DNA from: a bacterium
GTDB lineage: Bacteria > Bacillota > Clostridia > Oscillospirales > Oscillospiraceae
Reading direction: 5' to 3'
NCBI GenBank assembly: GCA_037245165.1
Contig: JAXWVI010000033.1
Coordinates: 54,796-78,795, forward strand
Length of the DNA: 24,000 nucleotides
Of the stretch, positions 8,843-15,417 are shown piece by piece. The notes under the pieces were generated by a model. That model ran no database searches and was not told the origin of the DNA. It saw only the letters and a list, made by a program, of their open reading frames with translations. The translations under genes were made by a program, and so were the position numbers. Positions within the stretch are counted from its first letter, which is position 1, and each line of letters opens with the position of its first letter.

Positions 8843-9964
8843 TCATTTGGTGGCCCAGTTACCTGTTGCCTCTGCGGTGAGGTAAGCGTTGATGAAACCG
8901 TCCAAATCGCCATCCATCACGGCGTTAATATTACTTGTCTCATAGGCGGTCCGGTTATCCTTCACCAGCTGATACGGCATAAAGACATAGGACCTGATCT
9001 GACTGCCCCATTCAATCTTCAGCTGCACGCCTTTCAGATCGGAAATCTTCTCGGCCTTCTCCTGCATTTGCAGCTCCACCAGCTTGGCACGGAGCATTTT
9101 CATACAGTTATCTTTATTCTGGAACTGGGAGCGCTCCTGTTGGGAGGCCACCACCACCCCCGTGGGCTTGTGAATCAGCCGCACAGCGGAGGAGGTCTTG
9201 TTGACATGCTGGCCGCCGGCGCCGCTGGCCCGATAGACCTGCATCTCAATATCCTCGGGACGAATCTCTATCTCCACATCCTCAGGCAGGTCCGGCATGA
9301 CCTCCACCGAGGCGAAGGAGGTCTGCCGGCGGGCATTGGCGTCAAAGGGCGACACCCGGACCAGCCGGTGGACGCCGTGTTCTCCCCTGAGGTATCCGTA
9401 GGCGTTAACGCCCTCGATCATAATAGTGGCCGACTTGATCCCCGCCTCGTCTCCCTCCTGATAATCCATGATCTGATAGGTAAAACCGTGGCGCTCTGTC
9501 CACCGAGTATACATACGGTAGAGCATCTGAGCCCAGTCCTGCGCCTCGGTGCCGCCGGCGCCCGGGTGGATGGTCAAAATTACATTGGATCGGTCGTACT
9601 CCCCGGTCAGCAGGGTTTCCAGCCGGGCAGACTCCATACTGGACTCCAGCTGAGCGAATCCCTCCTCCAGCTCAGGCAGCAGCGACTCATCCTCAAACTC
9701 GTTGCCCATTTCGCACAGCGCCATCAGGTCGTCCCACTGGCGCTGCCGCTTATTCTGACTGTCCACCTTGTCCTGTAAATTTTTGATCCGCTGCTGTACC
9801 TTCTGGGCCTTGGCCAGATTATCCCAGAACCCATCGGCCGCAGATTCGGCCTGAAGCATATCCAACTCCCGCTCCGCGCTCTCCAGATCCAGCGCCTGGG
9901 CCAGCTCCTTCAGGGCGGGGGTCAGGTTGTTCAGCTTCACCTTATATTCGTCAAACTGGAGCAT
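8843..9964 (-). CDS. prfB: peptide chain release factor 2, encoded as one uninterrupted ORF
   Basis: SPF tripeptide (RVSPFDANARRQTSFASVEV) and GGQ motif (SGAGGQHVNKTSSAVR). 373 aa is full length. There is no in-frame TGA at the usual codon ~25 position. Confidence 0.95.
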   Translation of the reverse strand: MLQFDEYKVKLNNLTPALKELAQALDLESAERELDMLQAESAADGFWDNLAKAQKVQQRIKNLQDKVDSQNKRQRQWDDLMALCEMGNEFEDESLLPELEEGFAQLESSMESARLETLLTGEYDRSNVILTIHPGAGGTEAQDWAQMLYRMYTRWTERHGFTYQIMDYQEGDEAGIKSATIMIEGVNAYGYLRGEHGVHRLVRVSPFDANARRQTSFASVEVMPDLPEDVEIEIRPEDIEMQVYRASGAGGQHVNKTSSAVRLIHKPTGVVVASQQERSQFQNKDNCMKMLRAKLVELQMQEKAEKISDLKGVQLKIEWGSQIRSYVFMPYQLVKDNRTAYETSNINAVMDGDLDGFINAYLTAEATGNWATK

Positions 9965-10057
9965 AAATGTCCCACTCTTTCCTGTAGATTACAATTTAGG
10001 CCCAATTATTATACATGAACGGGCAGAAAATGTAAAGGACAAACTGCATTTTGGCAC

Positions 10058-10093
10058 AAAGAGGCCGCCTCCCGGCCAGGAGACGGCCTCTTT
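10058..10093 (-). terminator. hairpin terminator
   Basis: AAAGAGGCCG-(16 nt)-CGGCCTCTTT with flanking A/T runs on both sides. It overlaps the stop of the 37-aa ORF. Confidence 0.55.
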
Positions 10094-10206
10094 TATCGAT
10101 CGCTGATCAGCCATCCTTCGCCCCGGAAAATCAAATCATCCAGATCGTCTTTTTTCTCCCCAGTAGGAAGGACGCTCTCAGGCAGCAAACCTTTTTCCTC
10201 GCTCAT
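10093..10206 (-). CDS. possible 37-aa acidic small protein (below the ORF-track cutoff)
   Basis: ATG at 10206 preceded by GGAGGA with 9-nt spacing. Translation: MSEEKGLLPESVLPTGEKKDDLDDLIFRGEGWLISDR. It runs straight into a terminator. No recognisable family. Confidence 0.35.
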   Translation of the reverse strand: MSEEKGLLPESVLPTGEKKDDLDDLIFRGEGWLISDR

Positions 10207-10321
10207 ATGTTCAATTCCTCCAATCGTAAAGTTGGGATATACATATCAGTATATGCAGCGCAAGGGAAAGTATGTGTATGTTGATGTGCAACTAGTCTCC
10301 AAATTTTCTTAAAATATTTGC

Positions 10322-10348
10322 TTGACATCGGTTCGCTTTTGTGATAAT
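10322..10348 (+). promoter_or_regulatory. promoter of the tRNA cluster
   Basis: Perfect TTGACA at 10322..10327 and TGTGATAAT at 10340..10348 (spacer 15-16 nt), about 45 nt upstream of tRNA-Leu. Confidence 0.55.
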
Positions 10349-10390
10349 GTATTTAAGCACTCTAAATGAGCAGACCGGAAGCCACCCTAT

Positions 10391-10477
10391 GCCGGAGTGG
10401 CGGAATTGGCAGACGCCCGGGACTTAAAATCCCGTGGGAGCGATCCCGTGCCGGTTCGATCCCGGTCTCCGGCACCA
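10391..10477 (+). tRNA. tRNA-Leu (anticodon UAA), class II with long variable arm, CCA encoded
   Basis: Acceptor GCCGGAG/CTCCGGC. Anticodon arm CGGGA-CTTAAAA-TCCCG. Long variable arm. T-arm CCGG-TTCGATC-CCGG. Ends in CCA. Confidence 0.9.
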
Positions 10478-10480
10478 TAT

Positions 10481-10562
10481 CGCGGGGTAGAGCAGTTGGT
10501 AGCTCGTCGGGCTCATAACCCGAGTAGCTACCAGCACTTCCGGGGCAGTACCGGAAGCCGCG
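10481..10562 (+). pseudogene. truncated / chimeric copy of initiator tRNA-fMet (authentic 5' half, aberrant 3' half)
   Basis: 10479..10522 is identical over 44 nt to 10574..10617, covering the acceptor 5' strand, D-arm, anticodon stem 5' strand, CAU loop and CCCG. The copy then diverges into AGTAGCTACCAGCA, a 7-bp hairpin CTTCCGG-ggcagta-CCGGAAG, and CCGCG, which can pair with the 5' CGCGG. It has no T-loop consensus and no CCA. Confidence 0.6.
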
Positions 10563-10575
10563 GAAAAGTGAACAT

Positions 10576-10651
10576 CGCGGGGTAGAGCAGTTGGTAGCTC
10601 GTCGGGCTCATAACCCGGAGGCCGGTGGTTCAAGTCCATCCCCCGCAACCA
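10576..10651 (+). tRNA. initiator tRNA-fMet (anticodon CAU)
   Basis: CGCGGGG...CCCCGCAACCA gives the C1:A72 mismatch. Three consecutive G-C pairs close the anticodon stem (GGG/CCC) next to the CTCATAA loop. T-arm GGTGGTTCAAGTCCATC. All are bacterial initiator hallmarks, and the sequence is very close to E. coli tRNA-fMet. Confidence 0.92.
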
Positions 10652-10652
10652 G

Positions 10653-10690
10653 AAAGTCCTGAAACTCAAGGGTTTCAGGACTTTTCCTTT
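10653..10690 (+). terminator. rho-independent terminator of the tRNA operon
   Basis: AAAGTCCTGAAAC-tcaagg-GTTTCAGGACTTT followed by TCCTTT. Confidence 0.8.
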
Positions 10691-10890
10691 ACCCCGTTGC
10701 AATTTGCAGTTGATTTTCCCGAAGAGTCTCCTCGGGATTTTTCTTTTTTTATTCCCTCATAAAAAGTTCCTCCAATTTGTAGAACGACGATCCAGCTCGA
10801 AATGCTCTTCAAACTCCGTTTGCAATAAAGTAGGCAACCGCACAAAGTTTGCAAAATCATCTCTTGACCGGCGATCCTGCGGATGCATAG

Positions 10891-12252
10891 TCACTCTGAA
10901 AAGTTCGGCAGCGTAATGCCCGCAAATTTCGCCCGCTTCTTGGCTCCGTTGAGACGAGGTGCATTTGACAGCTTCTCCATGTCCAGATAATCCGTCATGG
11001 CGGTGATCGCGTCCCGCTCCACATCGTCATTCTTATGCAGATACTTTCTGGTCGTTTCAATAGATGAATGTCCCAGGATGCCCTGTACAATATTCAGCGG
11101 CGTCTTCTCTTCTACCAGACGGGTCGCCAATGTGTGCCTCAATGCGTGGGGATTTACCTTTTTGATCTCGCACCGTTTGGATATGGCGGCCAAGCGGATC
11201 TCAAAGGACTTGGGATCAATGTAAGTTCCAGCTTTCGAGGGGAACAGCAGGTTATCCGGATTAGGCCAACTGGAGTGTGCCAGCGTGAAGATATGCCGCA
11301 CCAGCAGTTCGCACAGCCCATCAGAAATCGCGATCTCCCGGTTTGAGCTTTTCGTCTTAGGCGTACTCTGTACAATAAGATGGGTCTTTTTCTCCGGGTC
11401 GTAGTTGAGAATCTTAATGTTTGGATTCTCCAGGGACAGCGCCTCGGTTTTCACCCGAATGAGATTTTTATTGATCGTAAGGGTCTGGCGCTCCAGGTTC
11501 AAATCCGAAATTTCCAGCGCCAACAGCTCTCCCACTCTGAAGCCAACGAACAAATCTGTAAGGATTGCGATACGCTGGGTTTCCTTCATGACTTCTTCAA
11601 TGAAAATCCGCATTTCATCAGGACTCAGAACACGCATCTCTTTCTGAACGACTTCCGGCCGTGTGGTACTGAGCGTCGGGTTGCCCGGCAGTTTGTACTT
11701 CCCGATGGCGTATTCAAAGAAGTCCTTTAGTATCATGTGGTGGTTCCGGATCGTCTTGGGCGAGAGGCCGCCCTTCTTCCCATCCATTCGGCCGCCGTTT
11801 AGCTGCTTGATCTGGTAGTATTCCTGTATCACATCCTGCGTGATCTGATACAACGGCATGGTGCCGAATGCTGGGCCAAAATGAGTGTTATAGGTGTCGA
11901 TGTAGCTGGCATAGGTAGAGGGCTTGCGCGTAGGAGGGGATTTATAAAGCCGAAGCCACTCCAGAAAAGCCTCCTCAAACAGTGTCTCCGATTCTATGGA
12001 ATGTCCCAGCCGCTTTTGTTCTTCTTCAAGCCGTTCTGTCTCTCGCTGCTCGTTCTCGGCCTGTGCTTTCAACGCGGCCTGCTGTGCTTCCCATTCCTCT
12101 TTGCGCTGTTTGCAGATCGCTTTCGTGCGGCCTTTGAAGGATTTCCTCTCAGGAGCGCCATTTTCCTTGCGGCCAACCGTGATCTGATAGACCCATGTGC
12201 GGTCTGAAAGCTGCCAAAAGCTGCCTTCACCATTTGAGCGTTTCTTAGCCAT
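10891..12252 (-). CDS. int: tyrosine recombinase / phage-type integrase
   Basis: C-terminal catalytic region with HALRHTLATRL and GHSSIETTRKYLH (the R..HxxR..Y set). SAM-like core-binding N-domain and a Lys/Glu-rich arm region. Start set at MAKKRSNGEGS (ATG 12252, GGAGG 5 nt upstream) rather than the track's 12264. Confidence 0.92.
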   Translation of the reverse strand: MAKKRSNGEGSFWQLSDRTWVYQITVGRKENGAPERKSFKGRTKAICKQRKEEWEAQQAALKAQAENEQRETERLEEEQKRLGHSIESETLFEEAFLEWLRLYKSPPTRKPSTYASYIDTYNTHFGPAFGTMPLYQITQDVIQEYYQIKQLNGGRMDGKKGGLSPKTIRNHHMILKDFFEYAIGKYKLPGNPTLSTTRPEVVQKEMRVLSPDEMRIFIEEVMKETQRIAILTDLFVGFRVGELLALEISDLNLERQTLTINKNLIRVKTEALSLENPNIKILNYDPEKKTHLIVQSTPKTKSSNREIAISDGLCELLVRHIFTLAHSSWPNPDNLLFPSKAGTYIDPKSFEIRLAAISKRCEIKKVNPHALRHTLATRLVEEKTPLNIVQGILGHSSIETTRKYLHKNDDVERDAITAMTDYLDMEKLSNAPRLNGAKKRAKFAGITLPNFSE

Positions 12253-12292
12253 AAATACCTCCAATTAAATACGTCATAATTGAAGATTTGGC

Positions 12293-12481
12293 TTAGTGTT
12301 TCGCAGCACCGGGATTCTCCAGCCATGCGTAAAAAGGCCCTTTCGGAATCCGGTAACTCTGACCTATTTTGATGACAGGAAAGGCTTTGCTGTGGATCAA
12401 ATTATACGCGGAGTTGGTTCCGATGTTCAGAATCTCCCGCACCTCTTTCACCGTCAATGTTTCCTGAGTCTGTTTACACAT
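12293..12481 (-). CDS. excisionase-type helix-turn-helix protein (62 aa)
   Basis: LTVKEVREILNIGTNSAYNLIHSKAFPVIKIGQSYRIPKGPFYAWLE is the MerR/Xis-like HTH_17 pattern. Start set at the ATG at 12481 with a GAGGAGG SD. It lies immediately upstream of int. Confidence 0.75.
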   Translation of the reverse strand: MCKQTQETLTVKEVREILNIGTNSAYNLIHSKAFPVIKIGQSYRIPKGPFYAWLENPGAAKH

Positions 12482-12554
12482 GATGATCCTCCTCATTGTG
12501 CTGCGGATCGAAGTTTGTTTAATTTTCAAGGTACACTTGCTGACTCATAGAACT

Positions 12555-12583
12555 ATTTTACGATAGCTCTTCGGGCATTTCAA
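12555..12583 (-). promoter_or_regulatory. putative promoter for xis-int
   Basis: Minus strand: TTGAAA (12583..12578), 17 nt, TAAAAT (12560..12555). Confidence 0.5.
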
Positions 12584-12713
12584 GTCATACCTCTTGTCTG
12601 AAGCACTTTTATTTTTAAACGTCTTCGCCGCAAAAATTTTGTCAAAATGAAGGTGCTTTCTTATTCGCTTGAATCCGGCCCATTGCAGGCATGATGGTAT
12701 TGTGCCGTCATCT

Positions 12714-13004
12714 CTATTGTTCTGGCGTCAGCATTGACTGTTCGTAAGCAAACAGCCGGCCTAGTATGCACTCCCAGCCTCGACGTGCGAAAATTTTTCC
12801 GTTTGGAGCTATTGCAGTGTACGGTTCCCAGCACTCCACTCGGCGGCCTGCTCGTTCTCTGTCCGGTGGAATACCGGAAACCTCGTATTCATGCAATCGC
12901 CGAACCGCAGAATCATAACCGTACCGTGCGGTCACAGATCCATCTTCCCACAATACCAAACTGCTCTCAAAGGAATCGTGATCTTCACTGGTATTGCCCA
13001 TCAT
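12714..13004 (-). CDS. hypothetical small protein (96 aa), in the position of Tn916 orf8
   Basis: AGGAGGGA SD 8 nt upstream of the ATG at 13004. The track's longer 142-aa version would read through the 13037..13066 terminator. It contains two copies of an RL-x-x-YE-(5 aa)-P motif (RRLHEYEVSGIPP, GRLFAYEQSMLTP). Confidence 0.55.
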   Translation of the reverse strand: MMGNTSEDHDSFESSLVLWEDGSVTARYGYDSAVRRLHEYEVSGIPPDRERAGRRVECWEPYTAIAPNGKIFARRGWECILGRLFAYEQSMLTPEQ

Positions 13005-13036
13005 GAATGCCGTCCCTCCTAATGAAAGAAAAGAAA

Positions 13037-13066
13037 TGCTCTCCGGTTTAGTAAAACCGGAGAGCA
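13037..13066 (-). terminator. bidirectional rho-independent terminator
   Basis: TGCTCTCCGGTTT-agta-AAACCGGAGAGCA, a 13-bp perfect stem with T-rich tracts on both sides. Confidence 0.75.
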
Positions 13067-13179
13067 CTCCTTTTTGACAGTCTAATGATACCATAATTGG
13101 AGGCGAAGTTACAAGCCATCTAAACCCACAAATATGGTACAACTTTCATGCAGAAAAGGCGAAGCGAACGCACAGCCAC

Positions 13180-13665
13180 TCAATTCAGCCCGGCAGTAAA
13201 GGCATACATCTCCGCAAGAGCGTCAATGGCCTTGGCTTTAATGTCCTGCACGCTCCTCACAGACACCCCGAGTTCTCGGGCCACCTGTTCCTGCGGGACT
13301 TTCTCCAGGCAGGCTTTCCGTAACACCTGCTCCTGTCGGGGCTCCAGCAGAGAAAGGTAATAGTTCAGTCTATCCTGCTCCTGTTCCAGCTTCATCAGCT
13401 GGGCGGAGATCTCCTGGAAGGTCTCGGCGTTGAGCTGCCTGGCCCGGTCCTGGTAATTCAGGGCGATGTAGAGCGTCTTGTTGGAAATATGTCCCTCCGG
13501 ACGGCCCGCGCCCTCCTGGCGCGCAAAATTCATCGCCCCGATCAGGTCTTTCTCCGTGACCCAGGCCGGGTGAGCCAGTTCATAGCGTAGCAGGGCGATC
13601 AGCCGGGCCCGCTTGTGGTAATTGTCCAGCAGTTCCAGTACGCGATTTTTCATTTCCGTATTCAT
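13180..13665 (-). CDS. sigma-70 region-4-like / ArpU-RinA-like transcriptional regulator (Tn916 orf7-like position)
   Basis: C-terminal LEPRQEQVLRKACLEKVPQEQVARELGVSVRSVQDIKAKAIDAL is a sigma region 4 (HTH) pattern. 161 aa. GAAAGGA SD. Confidence 0.65.
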   Translation of the reverse strand: MNTEMKNRVLELLDNYHKRARLIALLRYELAHPAWVTEKDLIGAMNFARQEGAGRPEGHISNKTLYIALNYQDRARQLNAETFQEISAQLMKLEQEQDRLNYYLSLLEPRQEQVLRKACLEKVPQEQVARELGVSVRSVQDIKAKAIDALAEMYAFTAGLN

Positions 13666-13680
13666 AAGTCAAAATCCTTT

Positions 13681-13724
13681 CCAGTCAAGTTTTCATCCGG
13701 GCTTCGCTGAACACCCTTGACTGG
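13681..13724. repeat. 9-bp perfect inverted repeat immediately upstream of the sigma-like gene
   Basis: CCAGTCAAG (13681..13689) and CTTGACTGG (13716..13724) separated by 26 nt, 16 nt from the start codon. It could be an operator or a leader hairpin. Confidence 0.5.
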
Positions 13725-14118
13725 GGGACCCCTGCACCTGAGAGGCCAACCAAAGCGAAAGAGGAGCCAATCCGAATGACGCGGCTCACCACGCTTCAGA
13801 TCCGCATGAAACGATACCGGGTCATCGCCTGATCGGGCAGGCGGAGGCTTTTCGGACCGGTCTGCCCGTTCCCTGCAATGGCCGCGGCAAAAGCAGAGCG
13901 CCGCCACTTTTCTTCCAGGCACGGAACACCGTGGCGCACCCAAAAGGAGGGCTCTCTCAATACGATGGATATTCTGCCCCATCGCGTACCCCTCTTCCGC
14001 TTACGCGGCCGGTACATGGCGGAAAATCGTATCCTCGCGTCCCAATGGAACAGCGGCTTGCCGGCAGAAAGCCGCCGCCCCATCGAGCATCTTCTGTCCA
14101 GCATTGAGGAATCCTGTC

Positions 14119-14163
14119 GAAAAAATCAGGCGCACATACTCCCTTTTCGGGATATGTGCGCCT
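14119..14163 (-). terminator. strong rho-independent terminator closing the RT / regulator transcription unit
   Basis: Minus strand: CAGGCGCACATA...TATGTGCGCCTG, a 12-bp perfect stem with 4 further inner pairs, followed by AUUUUUU. Confidence 0.85.
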
Positions 14164-14378
14164 GTGCGGATGACCTCATGGACTTGTCGATATTCCGTTA
14201 TTCCCTCATGCCCGGCGCATCTCCTGATCCTGCTTTTTGGCAATAAAGCATTTTAAAATTTTCTGACATAAACAGGATTATATAAGCGAAAAGGGGCGAG
14301 AGAAGGGAATAAGAGAGATGGGACAGGGGGAGATTTCGCTTTTTTTCGACATTGCTCGACCCTGCGATATAAAAACGC

Positions 14379-15068
14379 CTATCCCGCGAATCGGTATCCA
14401 ACGCCGCGAACATTTTGTATATACTCTTTGGGCGCCTGGGCCAATTTTTTCCTGAGCGCTTTGATGCTGGACTTGACTGCTTCATCCACATTGTAGTCCG
14501 CCTCATTATGCCAGACGTTGTGATAGATCTGCTCTCGTGTGAAAACCTGGCCCGGATAACTGGCCAGAAAGTACAGCACGTCAAACTCCTTTCGGGTCAG
14601 TTCCAGCCAATTCCCATTTAAGACCACCTGGCGATGGAGTGGGTCGATGGTCAATTCCATACCAAAGGACAAGGTATAGCAGCGCTTTTCTGAATACTCT
14701 GACCCCAGATAGAATTGGACAAGAGCGCGGGACTGAGCAATGAAGTGCCGTAATTCAACGGACTTCGGGACACAAACGGTTGCCCCCAGCGAGAAAAATT
14801 TGATTTCGTCCTCAACAGACTTCCCATCTGTGAGCACCAGGATCGGGACCGGTTTGGCCCTATGCATCATTTGGAGCAGTTTGTGACTGTCCACATTCTC
14901 CAGGCAGCTATCCATAATAACCAGGCAGTATCGCTGCCTGGTATAGCTGTCCAGAGCATCCGCCACGGTTAGAAAGTATTGAATGGTTGTGGTGTCGTCC
15001 TGCATGGTCTCCTGGAATCTTCTGCAAAAAGAGAAGTCGTCGCACATTAAGAGAATCTGTTTCCGCAT
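14379..15068 (-). CDS. OmpR/PhoB-family response regulator (REC + winged helix), no cognate kinase nearby
   Basis: Winged-helix region: LTRKEFDVLYFLASYPGQVFTREQIYHNVW...VKSSIKALRKKL...IQNVRGVGYRF. REC-like N-terminus with CDD, VIMDSC (putative phospho-Asp), LVLTD and VPKS. Confidence 0.85.
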   Translation of the reverse strand: MRKQILLMCDDFSFCRRFQETMQDDTTTIQYFLTVADALDSYTRQRYCLVIMDSCLENVDSHKLLQMMHRAKPVPILVLTDGKSVEDEIKFFSLGATVCVPKSVELRHFIAQSRALVQFYLGSEYSEKRCYTLSFGMELTIDPLHRQVVLNGNWLELTRKEFDVLYFLASYPGQVFTREQIYHNVWHNEADYNVDEAVKSSIKALRKKLAQAPKEYIQNVRGVGYRFAG

Positions 15069-15126
15069 CGCATAGAATTACCTCAAAAACGGAATTTTGT
15101 TATTTATTGTTAGTCAAAGCGAACTA

Positions 15127-15155
15127 AGTATAACGCTTTTGTGGTTATGGGTCAA
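15127..15155 (-). promoter_or_regulatory. putative own promoter of the OmpR-type regulator gene
   Basis: Minus strand: TTGACC (15155..15150), 17 nt, TATACT (15132..15127), about 55 nt upstream of the ATG. Confidence 0.55.
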
Positions 15156-15417
15156 GACGAATAGCAAAATTACCTACTGGTTAAGAGGGAAAAGAGCCGC
15201 TGTGCCGTAGTTTTTGAACGCACAAACGGAATCCCAGAATAAGATGACTCCTTAGAGACAAATCGGAGATTTGAGCCCTATCTAGGGGGGCGAATAGGGA
15301 AACGGGCCATTTTAGCCCGCTTCTTATAACTTTAAATAGATTGCAGGGATTTTGTTAAGACCTTGAGAAATCAACCCGGAGAGGGTTTCGCCGGGCGCTA
15401 ACACCTAAGCGTTCTTC

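Noticed and set aside
10397-10702. 62-aa and 92-aa ORFs over the tRNA cluster
   Set aside because: They coincide exactly with tRNA-Leu, the tRNA-fMet fragment and tRNA-fMet. They are artefacts of open frames in structured RNA genes.
10675-10916. 61-aa and 70-aa ORFs between tRNA-fMet and the integrase gene
   Set aside because: The region is AT-rich att-site DNA. The ORFs lack SDs and overlap terminator hairpins. It is more likely to hold recombination sites.
13662-14246. Five overlapping ORFs of 80-122 aa on both strands
   Set aside because: They overlap one another and are Arg/Pro/Gly-rich, which looks like GC-driven junk. They lack SD sequences at sensible spacing, and one would have to read through the 14119..14163 terminator hairpin. 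I treat the region as non-coding.
14198-14584. 128-aa minus-strand ORF overlapping the 3' end of the OmpR-type gene, including a 23-aa tail ORF near a TATAAT at about 14272
   Set aside because: It is out of frame with a clearly supported regulator gene. There is no SD, and the TATAAT has no matching -35 or TG extension.
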